Assembly: GCA_977018835.1 (NCBI GenBank) | Contig: OZ361261.1 | Span: 1,922,001 to 1,986,000, forward strand | Length of the DNA stretch: 64,000 nucleotides | Source of the DNA: Minutocellus sp. GHC0000111 | Lineage: Eukaryota | Direction of reading: 5' to 3' | Program-made: the position numbers and the translations under genes | The notes under the pieces: generated by a model | What the model saw: the letters and a program-made list of their open reading frames with translations, nothing else | Told to the model about the DNA's origin: nothing | Database searches by the model: none | Shown: positions 10,266-22,356 of the stretch, one piece after another | Numbering within the stretch: the first letter of the stretch is position 1 | Layout: each line of letters begins with the position of its first letter

Positions 10266-13200
10266 ATGCGCTTCATCGCGGCGGCCCTCACCGTCCTCCT
10301 CGTGGCGGAGACCGTCCAGGCGTTCGTTCCGGCCTCTCCCTCCGTGGTTTCTCTTTCCGCCTTTTCTGCCAGTTCCAGCGCCCTGTCGGCCACGTACAAG
10401 CTGGGCGAGAACGATCCCAACGACGTCAGCATCCCGTACGATGCCGCCGCCCGTCTGGCCTACGACGAGTGGACCAAATCCTACAACAAACCGTACGACG
10501 CCGCCCGGTACGAAACCTTCAAGGCCAACTACGAGGCGCTGACCGTGGCCAACGTCAAGGCCGCCAAGGCCGCCCGCGAGGCCGGCAGCGACGAACCCCC
10601 CAAGAAGTTGGACCTGAACGAGTACGCCGACATGACCGCCGAGGAGTACATGGCCATGCAGAACGGGGGGGCGGCCAGTAGTACTGGTGGTACCACCGCC
10701 CTCAAGTCGGAGTCCACTGAAGAGGAAAACAGCACGGGAGATGTGCTGGGTCAGGCCGTCGAGGCCGCCGGACTGCAGAACGATGCCAGCTCCGCGTTGG
10801 CCGAGGCGGCCGATGCTCTCGCCGAGGAGGAGGAGGTGCGTTCATTTGGCTTGACTTTGCGTGCACTTTTGAGGGATGTTGATGGGTAGAGTTGGCTTTG
10901 ATTTGGTTGGTGGGGAAAGGAAGTACATGGGCTTAGGCTGATTATGGATCAATGTGGAAGTTGGAAAAGGAGATGAAGGCAAGAAATTGAACTGCAAGGA
11001 ACGAACGAATTAGCATTGACTGCTGCATGTGACTTGTTCGTTCAGGCCTGATGGATGGGTATCCTGGATGCTCATTTGCATTTGCCGGACAATATCTGAA
11101 GATCAATTCATGAAGTGATTTGGTTGGGCCGAATCAATGCATGTTGGGATGTCGAGGTTTTCGTCATTGGCATCACTTATTTCTACTCTGCATCTCAAGC
11201 AAGTATCTGACCCATACACATCATATCATTTCCTCTTACTTCACTTCACTCCTACATCCCATCACAACAGGCTCTCGCCAAGGCCCTTGGTCTGGAGAGC
11301 GTCGAAGAGCTCGAGGTGGCCCTCGATTCCCTCGAGGGCATCGCCGAGGATGGCGGCGAGCTGGATCCCGAGAATCTGTCCCGCGAGGCCCGCGTCCGTT
11401 CCGCGTATCTGGACTGGTGCAAGGAGTTCGACAAGCAGCCCGACGAGGCCCGCTTCCCCCAATTCTCCTCCAACTACCTCGCCATGGAGGCCTACGCCAA
11501 CGAGAATGGCAAGGAGATGACATTGAACAAGTTTGCCGACTGCACCGAGGAGGAGTACGTTCAGATCACCACCGGCAAGGCTCCCGAGCCCAAGGCCGAG
11601 CCGGAGCCCGAGCCCGAGCTGGCCGCCGCTTCTGCTGCTGCTCCCGTGGAGGAGGCCAAGTTGGAAGACGGCATTGATATCAGCATTCCGTACGATGCTG
11701 CTGCCAAGTTGGCGTACGAGTCCTCGGACAAGTCCATGTCGTTTGATGACTTCAAGGTCGAGTATGAGGCCGAAGCCATTGCATTGGTCAAGTCCAAGCA
11801 GGGTGCTCCCGCCCCCGCTCCGGTGGCCAAGGCACCCGCCCCGGCCGCAAAGAAGGCTGCTCCGGTGGCCAAGAAGCCGGCCCCTGCTCCTGCTAAGAAG
11901 GAACCGGAACCCGAGGTGGATACCAAGACACGTCGGGCGCAGCAGGAGAAGGCTGCGGAGAAGCTCCGTGCGGACAACGAGGCGGCTGCTATCGCTGCTG
12001 TCAAGGCCGCTGCCGAGGCTGAGGCTGCCCAGATTGCTAAGCGACGTGCTCTCGATGAAAAGGCGGCTGAGTTGGAGAGGCAAAAGGCCGCCGAGGCAGC
12101 TGAGAAGATTGCCAAGAAGCAGGCCGAGAGAGGTTCTACTATTGTTATTCCTCGGAGGGAGCCTGTTAAGCCCACTCCGCCCCCTCCTGTTGCCGAGGAG
12201 AAGAAGCCTGCTGGAGTTTTGGGTATGTTTGCCAAGCCTGCTGCTCCCAAGGTTGCTGTCAAGAAGCCCGCTGCTCCCAAGGTTGCTGTCAAGAAGCCCG
12301 TCGCTCCTCCTCCTCCTCCCGCTGCCGCGAAGAAGGAGCCTGCTGCCGGAGGTCTGTTCGGTATGTTTGGCGGAGATGCACCCAAGCCCACTGCTAAGAA
12401 GGCCACTCCTCCTCCCAAGGCTCCTGTGAAGAAGGCTGCTCCTGCTCCTGCCCCCGCCAAGGCCGCTGCTCCCGCGCCCGCTTTCCCCTTCTTCGGAGGA
12501 GCTGCCAAGCCCGCTGCTCCCAAGAAGGCCGCCCCCACCCCTGCGCCAAAGGGTAAGTTGTATCGGTGTCGTTGATACATCTCCTTGATATCGTCGCCTT
12601 TTTTGCTTTCATATATCTAATTTTTGTATACCCCCTACCGATCGTTCTGATATTGTAGCACCAGTCAAGGCCGTGCCCAAGGTCACTTCGGAGGATCCTG
12701 TCACCGATGCATTCTCGGCTTTCTTTGGTTCCAAAGCCAAGCCTGCCGCAAAGAAGGCTACCCCTCCTCCTCCTGCTCCAGTACCTGCTCCCAAGCCGGT
12801 ATCTCAAAAGTCTGCTACATTCTCTCTGTTTGGCAACGCCGCACCGAAGAAGGCTGCTGCTCCTGCGCCTGCTCCCGCCAAGGTCGCTCCTGCTGGGCCT
12901 ACCCCAGCGCAGATTGCCGCTGAACGCAAGGCAGCCGCCGAGGCTAAGCGCCAGGAGGCTCTTGCTGCCGCCCAAGCTCGTAAGGTGGAACAGCAGCGAG
13001 TGGCCGCCGAGAGAAAGGCTGCCGCCGAGGCCAAGCGCCAGGAGGCTATCGCTAAGAGGGAGGAACAGGCCCGTATTGCTCAGGAGAAGAGAGCTGCCGC
13101 CGCCGCTGCCGCACAGGCCAAGCGCGAACAGGCTCTCGCTGCCGCAAAGGCTAGAAAGGCCGCTGCTTCTGCTCCTGCCCCCGCTCCTAAGCCCGCGCCA

Positions 13201-14136
13201 GTCAAGAAGTCGCCTACCTTCTCTCTGTTTGGCAATGCTCCTAAGCCTACTCCTCCTCCCGCTCCGGTACAGGCACCCGCCCCGGTTGCGAAAAAGCCCG
13301 CTCCATTCTCGTTCTTCGGCGCTCCAAAGCCTGCTGCCAAGGCACCCGCTCCGGCTCCTCCTGCCCTGAAGGCCCCTGTGAAGCGTTCTCCTACCATCTC
13401 GCTCTTTGGCAATGGCCCCAAGCCCGCTGCAGCAAAGCCTGCTGCTCCTGCTCAGGCCCTTCCCAAGGTCACTTCTGCCCCGAAGGGTGTGCCGACCATT
13501 GTTGGATTCCGAAAGCTCCGAGATGGAAGCGTTACTGGAAAGATCTACGGATCTCCTAGCTTTGAGGATGGCGAGCAACTCACCACCTCGCCCATAACCT
13601 CTGGAACTGTCGCTAACGGCAATCTTGTCCAGACTGGATCTGGTAGCCGGTACTTCTTGAGCGCTACCAAGCCTGGCGGTGCTGCCGCTGCCGCCAAGCC
13701 GGCTGGAGGAGGGTTCTTTGGCAAGCCCGCTGCCAAGAAGGTCGCGCCTCCTCCGGCTGCCGCCGCCAAGCCCGCTCCTGTGAAGCGATCGCCCACTATC
13801 TCTCTCTTTGGCAACGCTGCCCCGAAGAAGGCCGCTCCGGCTCCTCCGGCACCGACCCCCGCTCCCGTCAAGAAGTCCCCAACCTTCTCCCTCTTTGGAA
13901 AGCCCGCTGCCGCACCGAAGAAGAACGGCGCCGCACCGGCCGCTTCCGTTGCTGATGCCAATATTCCTGTCCTCAAAAACTGGGTTCAGAATCCGGATGG
14001 CAGCCTAACGGGCAATGTCAGCAACACCAAGTCGTTCCGTGCTGGTACTGAGATCACGACGTCTCCTGTCCGACGAGGGGCCAAGGCTGGCACTGTTGTG
14101 GCCACTAGCTCTGGCAGCAAATACAAGCTTATGTAA
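10266..14136 (+). CDS. Large plastid-targeted multi-repeat protein (I29 propeptide-inhibitor-like domains, Pro/Ala/Lys-rich linker, C-terminal beta repeats); exons ~10266-10835, 11271-12552, 12659-14136
   Basis: Signal peptide VQA-FV. GT-AG introns restore the frame (EEE|ALAK, PK|APVK). Two 'W.K..K....R...F..NY....N......LN.(Y/F)AD.T.EEY' units, two 'SIPYDAAA.LAY' units and two 'DGS.TG....F..G...TTSP......V.T.SGS.Y.L' units. Confidence 0.85.
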
Positions 14137-14526
14137 TTGATATGATATGGTTTTATAATAAATATCAATGAGTATTAGACATGCTAGACCATCTCTCGAC
14201 TAACCTACCGATGCCAAGGATAAATTCCGCTCGATGCAATTGTTTCGATTTCCCTTGGATTTATAACCACCACTGCGCGCCAACGTGTGGCGAGTTGTCA
14301 ATAGTAGTGCTGTAGGGTGAATTGCCAGCCGTACAATTGCATAAGCTTTCGATGATATCAATACAGCAGCTGAGATGTACCTAGGTAAACATTAACAACA
14401 AAAAACTTATAATTTCTTTAAGTGGTTCGATTCGATTCACAATCCTTCCAGCCCGCATCATTTCTGGTCAATGTCAACACAAGGAAACAAAGAAGGATCC
14501 TCTCTGGAGGATGCCGCCTAATCTAT

Positions 14527-17500
14527 CTACACCTGCATCTTCCTCTTAGGAACATCAGCCGGAGCGTTATCATTCCGGCGACGTTCACGCGTGTCTCTAT
14601 TGCTGTAGTAGGAGGGAGGGCCTTGAGGTCCCGACGTGTAGGATTCCCAATCGCTTCCTTCTGTCGCCTGCGAGTCGGTCTCCCACTCGTCGCTGTACTC
14701 AGACTCATCATAGCTGTGTGAGAACTGCAGCTGCGATCGAGCTCCGACTTGCTTTCTGGGCATTCCAGTAGACTCGCTGTAGTGAGATCCTCCGTAGCTT
14801 GCACTCGCGTGTGATCTGCCATCACGGCTTGAGCGTGGCTGCCTCTTGTTATAGCGATCGTCCTGACTGGCGCTTCGCATAACCGCAATATACTGGGCAA
14901 CGGAGTTCCAGTCGTTCTTGGCAATGTATTGGTCGAGCTCAGACTGATTGAATTCCTTGTCGGATGCGGACGAGCTCTTTCTAGCTGGCCTTGCAGGAGA
15001 GGCCCGATAGCGGGCTGAATATCTTTGATTGGACTGTATTGATAGATGGAAGCAAAACAAAATACAAGCAGACAGTGGAGAAACAGCGTATGTGAGCATT
15101 GATATCCAAAAAAGATGCAGCAGGAACGATCGTGCAAAAAAACTCAAACAAAACAAAGAACTTACATCATCACTGCGCTCTCTCTTGCTGAGTTCTTGAG
15201 CAACGGTGGCGGCCTTGTTCCAGTCTTTCTCCTCCATCGCAGCACCGAGTGCCTTCTTCTGTCGACGTTCCTGCCGAGCCCGGATACCAGCGTATTCGAT
15301 ATCCGTACTGAGGGCCGATACCGAGTCCGAAACAGAATACTGGTCGGCATGCTCGTGGTCGGCGGTGTAGCTTTCTTCCTCCGCAGGCCTGGCGGCCATG
15401 CCACTGCGGTTCGATCTCTGCGATCGGGTCCGGACAGCCTCCGACGTCTGCTGAAGGGCGGCATTCCCTCCGCCTTTGGCACCGGCGGCGGCCGTACCAA
15501 CCATCTCCTCCGCCTTGGACGAAATGCTGGTCTCGTCATCGTCCTCGCCATCCTCGGCGATCGGTGCCACGCCGGGAGAGATCGACTTCGTAACGTTGTT
15601 GACACGCTGGGTGAGCTCGGAACGCATGCCAGTGCCGGAGGTGTAGGTGGAATACGTCCGGCCGATGGAGGGTGCGTCCATTCTGGACGGGGGCTGGGTC
15701 GACACGGCGGCGGCGGACACGGCCGCCCCGGCGAGGGCCAGTACGTTGCCGGACTTGCGCGCCTCGATCTGGTCCATCTTGGTAAGGACCGCGTCGTACT
15801 CGATGCACTCGTCGAAGGGGGTGTCCTCCTGCAGCTCCTCGAGGGCCGTGAGAAGATCGTCCTCCTTGCTCTTGTATTTCTCCAGCAGCTCGTCGTGCTG
15901 CTTCTGCTGATCGGGCAGGGCCGAGGCCAGAGCCTTCTGCAGCTCGAGGTTGACGGGATCGAAGGCCGGACCACCGCCGGACGACGCCAGGGCGGCGCGC
16001 TTCTTCTCCTTGGCCTCCGCCCGCTTCCGCTGGCGTTCCTCCTTCTCCTTCTTGAGGGCCTCCTGCTGCTCGTCGAAGCCGGCGGGCTTGACCCACGTCA
16101 CCTCCTTGGTGATGGTGTGGTAGAAGTAGGTCTTGCCGGACTTTTGGTCGACGGCCTCCTTCCAGATGGCCCGCCGGGGCTTGGTGGACGACGACGCACC
16201 GGCGGGATCCTTCTTGCTCCGATTCTTCTTCTTGCTCTTGGAACGGCGCGCGTCGAGCGCCTCGTCGTAGTCCTCGGGCTTGTCCCACCGAGTCTCCTTG
16301 GTGAGGGTGTGGTAGTAGTACGTCTTGCCGGAATTGTCGTCGACGACGGACCTCCAGCCGTGAACACGCTCCTTCTTCTTCTTGCTCTTGCCACCGCTGG
16401 CGGCGGCCGACGACTTGTTGCCGTGATGCTTGTTGAGGGAGCGGGTCCGAGTGCGGAGGGCGTGGACGGCGGCCATCATGCCCAGATTCTTCTTGGAGTG
16501 GGACACGTTGGACCCCGAGCGTTCGATGGACACCTCCCCCTCGGCCCCCTGGACGACCTCGACGTTGGAGAAGGTACGGGTGGGAGTCAGGCCTAGGTCG
16601 GTGAGCTCGTCGTCGGGCAGCTCCTCGTTGGCGGCGGCCATCCCGTTGAGGACGGCCTGGTCGGCGGTGGTGGCTTCGTTGCTGGTGGCGGCCGGGGCGT
16701 CCTTGGTCTTGCCGTGGCCCTTCTTGCCCATGCCCAGCATCTTGCGGATGGACTTGCCACCATTGGAAAAAGCCGACTTGTTGGTGGACTGGGTGGTATT
16801 GACATCGGACTCGTTGTTGGCATTGGCGGCGGCCACGGCGGCGGCTCCAAAGACGGCGGCTCCGGCAGCAGTCGTAGTCGTACCGGCACCGATACCCTTG
16901 GAGTTCTGCATAGCAGCCTTCTTGGCCACGACGGAGCGGTAGGCATCGACGAGCTCGGGAGGTGGATCCCACTTGGTCTCCTTGGTGACGCGGTTGTAGT
17001 AGTAGGTCCGGCCGGTGGCGGGATCGGTGGCACTCCGCCACGTTTCCAGGGCGGACGCCACGGAGGCATCGACAAAGTCTTCGGTGGGGGCGGTGGATTT
17101 GGCGTTGGTCGAGGCCGCCGAGGAGATGGGCCGGGAGGAGGCGGCGGCTGCGGCTCTCCTCCTTGCTCTTGAGGAGGTTCTTCCGGGCGGCGCTCACCAC
17201 CTCGTCCTGCTCCATCTGCTGCTGCTGCTGTCGCTGAGCTTCCGCTTCCATGGCACCGGCCAGATTGGCCGAGGGGCTGCCATTGTCGGGAGTTTCCACA
17301 CCCCCATCGGTAGCCGTCCCAGCGCCACCCCGTTCGGGCGTCTGCTGCAGGACGAGCTCGACGTCGTCGTACTCGCCGACGTCGCTGCTGCGGCCGACGG
17401 TGTCGTCGTCGTCCGACAGTACCGGGGCGATGCCCCAGATGGGGGCCTTGGCAAACTTTTGGCCCTGGACGCGCTGTCCGCTGCGTACCTTGGACAGCTG

Positions 17501-17602
17501 CGAGGCGGCACTTTCCTCACCGGCCTTGCCCTTTTCCAAAATGCCGCACGCCTCGAGGGGTGCCGAGGCGTAGTCGAGGGCGGACGAGACCATGTCGCCC
17601 AT
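14527..17602 (-). CDS. WW-domain protein (3 WW domains); intron ~15034-15165; slip in GA repeat ~17155
   Basis: WRSATDPATGRTYYYNRVTKETKWDPP, WRSVVDDNSGKTYYYHTLTKETRWDKP, WKEAVDQKSGKTYFYHTITKEVTWVKP. Confidence 0.85.
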
Positions 17603-17908
17603 GTACGAATCGAGGCCCGGCGTCGGCGCCGCGGTGGCCGGGTTGCGCGATACGATGGCCACACAGCACCATCTGCCGGATGACTCGCATACTTTTGGTC
17701 GCACTTTCGGTGGCCGGCCGGCGCGCGAAGCAACCGACCGGCGCGCGCCCAACAAGAGCCACCATGGCGGCAAAAATTCAAATTGCCGCCGCTGCGTGCA
17801 GAACGAAGGCGATGTCTCGCGCTGGTGTGGGAGAATTACGGCACGAGACCAACCAGGTACTCCCGACATCCTGGTGATATTCCCGTTGGTCTCGATCCAC
17901 AGCTCTCC

Positions 17909-19121
17909 ATGAGCAAAAAAATGACGGCCGCAATCCCGCAGTCAACACCGCAGACAGAGTTGCGGTGCAGGACGCCCTCTGGCTGAACTGCTCGTCCGTC
18001 TTCGCAGAAAGGAACTTCATTACTACAATTTCATCGGCAACAACAACGACTCCTTGATGAATGTGTTGGGATGCAGTCCCATCACGTGCGGCGCCGTCAT
18101 GCACACTGCGGGCATCTTGGGTTTGAAGAAGAAGAAACACTATGACGACGACGTGTTTTTTGTGAGGACAGACAACCAGAATGGATGGGATGAAATGGCA
18201 TCAAGACACTGCCTTGCCGACGACGTTCAGCGAACCCCATGCAAAAGAGCATGTTTGTTCGCCTCGGCTCTGTCAATCCTCGTGCAGCCGACGCTCTCCA
18301 TGATGATGGATGGATGGCTTTCGACATGGTCACGGTCGAGCAACAACTTCGCCTCGAAATGCCGCCGCCGCGGCTCAATTTGACGAAGGCATGCAATGCA
18401 TTCCTCAAGTCGGTCGCACCACACATGTCGGTGGGACATGCGGCGATGGACTACGAAATCAACAGGCAGATGTTGCTCGAGGCCCAGAAGTTCCCTGGTG
18501 GGTGCAATGGCCAGGACGATGGGTGGGACAATGACGACGATGTTGGGACGGTGGGCACCCTGACCACGACGGAGGCCGGCGAGATCAGTGAGGACGATGA
18601 CGACGAAGACGAGGACTGTGTGCCCTGTTGTGAGAGGACGAAGCTGACATTGCAAGAGAGGACGCCACACATGAAGCATGCATGCAGCAGCACTTTGTGA
18701 GAAGAATCGTCAGAAGCACGGTGATGGCGAGCCAGAGATGGGAGCTGTCGATGATGCCGAGGATGACGATGCCCCTCACTTCCATTTCCTGAAAAAGGCC
18801 GGCATTGAGGCGGCCGACTCAGGTAAAATAAGGGCAGTGCTGGCAGAATGCTGGAGAGCTTTATCTGTTAATGTTTCTGATGGCAACAACAAGAAGAAAC
18901 CAAGGACAACAGAGTTCATCCACCACAACACCTCCACCAAAGGAACTCTCCTAGAGCACAATCGCGAGGAAGATGGCATGACGGATGACGACATCAAAGA
19001 GCTCTGCAAAGCTTGCTCTAATTTGCTCCACACTCTTGACACAATGTGTTCCAGGTTTCTGAAATGGCACATGAAGTGGGATGATGAGGCAAAGGAACTG
19101 ATGACAAGCGCCAACAAATGA
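17909..19121 (+). pseudogene. Degenerate, frameshifted repeat-derived ORF (probable transposable-element remnant), TpA-depleted
   Basis: Several overlapping ORF pieces with frameshifts. A second copy of part of it lies at 40510-40776. Almost no Tyr codons, with excess Cys/His. Confidence 0.55.
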
Positions 19122-20172
19122 TCATGATGGCCACCGATGGAGATGAGGATGTAGAGATGGGAGCAGGGCATGTATAAAATTAGAAAATGAAATTACACTG
19201 CTACTACACAATGACAAATGAATTGCATGGTCCAACTTTTACAAACAGCATCGCGATTGAGCAAAAAAGCAAGTAAATTGTGCACCCAAACAAACACATC
19301 ACGTCCTTCTTAACTCACCCATTTTTATCTCCCAGACCAAAAAGTCCCTTTGTCGGGTTGATTGTTGCATAAACTTATCCCAATACTATCTGTTTCTCCT
19401 CGGGCGCAAAATTGTTGTCGGAATTCCGGGAGGTCGAGTGGGGATGCGATCGGTCGGGATGATCAGCGAGAGTCGGTCATGCGGGGGGTGCGGCGCAATC
19501 CCGGCAGTTCATCATCAACAACAACGTGGGAAAGTACCAGAGGGTCTGGGGCATCACAACGGGAGCACGACGAGCACAAAGACGGAGCAATGGCACCACC
19601 CCAGAGAAACGAACGGCCGACAGATGATGATGGTGGAGGAAAAGTGGGCCGATGGTTCGTGGCGTTGATGCGCAGCGGAGGCCAATCTGAGGATGTGCAG
19701 TGAGCTTCAACTACATCCAAACATGATATAATGAATGCGTATTTGGTACGAAAATATAGTTATACGCCGGCGCAACGCCGACGGACCACCATGGTGTTGG
19801 ACGGTCAAAGAATGGGTGACGAACGAGATTGGGTTTTGGTGGGTTTCTTCGTGACGTGTTCGTCTTCTGCCGAAAAACGCTTCATCCGAAACAAGACGAG
19901 ATGGTGGGGCTGTGTGATCAAGCAAGATGCGATAAAATCTGTCCGTCAACCGGACACAACCGATCTGTCCTTCAACCGGAACCACCACAGACTCAGTACG
20001 AGTAGGTCATACGAGGTCAGATTCGCGAGAAATCGAGCGCCCGGTTTTTGACTGCTTTCGAGGGGATTGAAAAGCGCCTCGAAGAATAGTCATGCTGAAA
20101 TATTTAAGAAAATGGCTATTTTTACTCTAATTTTGATTTATCTTCATGTGAAACAATAATTCGGATATAAGT

Positions 20173-20620
20173 TTAGATTTCAGCGGCTGTAATCAAATGG
20201 TTCGTGCGACGCGACGGTTCGGCCTCCATCTCGTCTTCATCTTGAACGATGGCATGATGCTCGCCTCGGATCGGCAGTACGATGCATTCGTCCCGGATCT
20301 CGCACCACAGCCAATCCGGGATGAGTTTGAGCTTCTTTAGCTCCCGCTTCACGCCGTTGAACTTGTAGATGAAGGTAACTGAGGAGTGGAACATCTCCGC
20401 GGCCTTGTCGTACACCGATTCAGTTATTGCCACGACATCATCCATGTCGAGGGGCATGTTCTCGGCCCTTATCGCCCGGCAGACGAGTCGACTGACGACA
20501 TTGAGGAGCATGTGCTTCTCAAAATCCTCGGGCCCGTCAATCTTGAGAGTTTTCTCCTGGTCAATGATGATGGCCAAGACAGCGGTGAGCATGTGTTCAA
20601 TCCATTTGTGTCGGGCGGAA
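20173..20620 (-). CDS. Unknown helical protein fragment on the antisense strand inside element 1
   Basis: Part of ORF 20173..20790. KWIEHMLTAVLAIIIDQEK...FIYKFNGVKRELKKLKLIPDWLWCEIRDE has natural protein-like composition and ends near the left TIR. Confidence 0.4.
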
Positions 20621-22111
20621 GTCGAAGCTGAGCATTTCGATGACGCGATCGGCATACTTGGACCGGTATACTGCTTCCCAACGAGTGCCGATGATTCATC
20701 TGATTCGGCCGCCTTCCGTTCTGTCATCGACGATCTTGCAACGGCGACCCGGCGGCATACTGCACCATGTCTCTTTGCAATAATTGCCAAGTGCAGGGAG
20801 CAGGCAAAGGTGGACTATTCGGTGCTGTCCAGCGCAGAGCATGGTGCACGATTTTCGGGATGGATGAAGGCGTATGGTGCTCTACCTGCATCTGAGAAGG
20901 CGATGTGGGAGATGAAGAGGAGATCTCATCTGGCTATGCAGCCACACATTCGAGATGTTATTGTTGATGCTCTGATACGAAATCCTCGGGAATCTTGGCG
21001 GGAGCTGGAGGTTGATGTCAACTTTTGGTGTTCCTACTCGGCAATACGGCGGTGGATAATGTCGCGGGAGGGGTTCCGGTACTATGCCGAAAGGATCATC
21101 CCTCTCCTTACTACCCATCAGATGGAGAAACATTTGGTATTTGCGCGGAAATTCCGAAACAATTGGGGGCTCGGCGGTGGCAAGTTTCTCCTTATTATGT
21201 TCGATGAGAAGTGGTTTTGGGGCTTGGTTCTTCGATCGTATGCCAAGCAAGTTGCAGAATTGGGTATTGATCCTCGGTCCTTCTCGGCATATCACCGAAA
21301 TCACATCAACAAGTGCATGGTGGTGGCTGTCACTGCCTTGGCTTTTATTGACAGCATTGAGAATGGCGGCATTGCGTTCAAGCTTGGACGTTTTCGGGCT
21401 CAGGCGCATAAAATTGCGAGGCAGATGGTAAGGGAGGCGGTGCGGCAGGCAGATGGTAGAATCAAATATTGCGGCCCGGTGGTTCGGAAGAAAGACGATC
21501 TATACCTTGTGGATTGCGCGGTGACTGGATGCAGCCATGGCACCCTTGATAATCCCAAGTTCCCACTGAAAGCTTTATTTGAGAACAAGATGTTTCCGGA
21601 TGTTGAGGCTTTGGTCGGACCTGGTGGAAAGTTTGAAGGCTATGTCCCTATTTTTCAGGGCGACAATGCTGGGCCCCATGCCGAGACTGAATTTGTGGAA
21701 TATGTGGAAGGATACTGTCGGGACAAGGGATGGCGTTGGGAACCTCAGGCCCCGCAAATGCCCCATATGAATGTTCTTGATCTGTCTGTTTTCCCTTGCA
21801 TGTCAAAGCGGCATACAATGTTGAGCCGCGATCGGGAGGGGCTGAAGGTTTTGACAGAAGATCAGACTTGGGATGCAGCGGAGGAAGTTTGGATGGGGCT
21901 GGAAAACTGGAAGATCGCATCGGCATACATCCAGGCTCATAGAATTGCAAAGAAGGTAATCGTTGCAAAAGGCAACAATGATTTTCTTGGAAACGGTGAA
22001 GGCATTCATGTTGGGGTGCGAACGGATTTCAGGCCGACTGAAAATGGCATGGTTCGGATAGATGGGAAAATTATCGCTCCTCCTCCTGCTGATCCAACCA
22101 TGGATAATTAG
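20369..22111 (+). CDS. Mariner-like transposase, DD38D, with HMG-box-like and HTH-like N-terminal regions (true start uncertain)
   Basis: FDEKWF / FQGDNAGPH / QAPQMPHMNVLDLSVF correspond to the DEKWF / QQDNA.PH / QPPNSPDLNVLDLGFF blocks of plant-type mariners. 38 residues lie between the 2nd and 3rd Asp. Confidence 0.9.
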   Translation: MKVTEEWNISAALSYTDSVIATTSSMSRGMFSALIARQTSRLTTLRSMCFSKSSGPSILRVFSWSMMMAKTAVSMCSIHLCRAEVEAEHFDDAIGILGPVYCFPTSADDSSDSAAFRSVIDDLATATRRHTAPCLFAIIAKCREQAKVDYSVLSSAEHGARFSGWMKAYGALPASEKAMWEMKRRSHLAMQPHIRDVIVDALIRNPRESWRELEVDVNFWCSYSAIRRWIMSREGFRYYAERIIPLLTTHQMEKHLVFARKFRNNWGLGGGKFLLIMFDEKWFWGLVLRSYAKQVAELGIDPRSFSAYHRNHINKCMVVAVTALAFIDSIENGGIAFKLGRFRAQAHKIARQMVREAVRQADGRIKYCGPVVRKKDDLYLVDCAVTGCSHGTLDNPKFPLKALFENKMFPDVEALVGPGGKFEGYVPIFQGDNAGPHAETEFVEYVEGYCRDKGWRWEPQAPQMPHMNVLDLSVFPCMSKRHTMLSRDREGLKVLTEDQTWDAAEEVWMGLENWKIASAYIQAHRIAKKVIVAKGNNDFLGNGEGIHVGVRTDFRPTENGMVRIDGKIIAPPPADPTMDN

Positions 22112-22356
22112 TCCTGCGGTGCTTTTAAGTTATGTTATGTTTAAAATAATACTAGATTATTTAGATTCGAGCTATATTTGTGCTACTACACACACATGCC
22201 GTACATGCATGTGTAGTGCTCTCTTGTCAGTTTTGATGGTTCCGGCTTTACATGCATGTGTCCGTGTCCGGGTTGCGGACCCAAAAATCGACATTTTTTG
22301 GTCCCGGCCCTGCGCTCGATTTCTCGCGAAACGGACTTGTAGGATTCCTATGAACA

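Larger units (their letters stand above)
20012..22339 (+). mobile_element. Tc1/mariner-superfamily DNA transposon (element 1)
   Basis: Flanked by TA at 20010-11 and 22340-41. Imperfect ~29-bp TIRs: left CGAGGTCAGATTCGCGAGAAATCGAGCGC, right (revcomp) CAAGTCCGTTTCGCGAGAAATCGAGCGC. Internal DDD transposase. Confidence 0.9.

Noticed and set aside
15115..17869. Long alternative-frame and antisense ORFs (15115..16596 +, 15536..17869 -, also 23562..24563, 60047..61018, 11561..12580)
   Set aside because: These are shadow ORFs of GC-rich genes with no domain signal. Only the 5' part of 15536..17869 is used by the WW gene.
19362..19990. Short ORFs between the TE remnant and element 1
   Set aside because: No recognisable motifs. 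Probably the displaced upstream region of the MDR gene.
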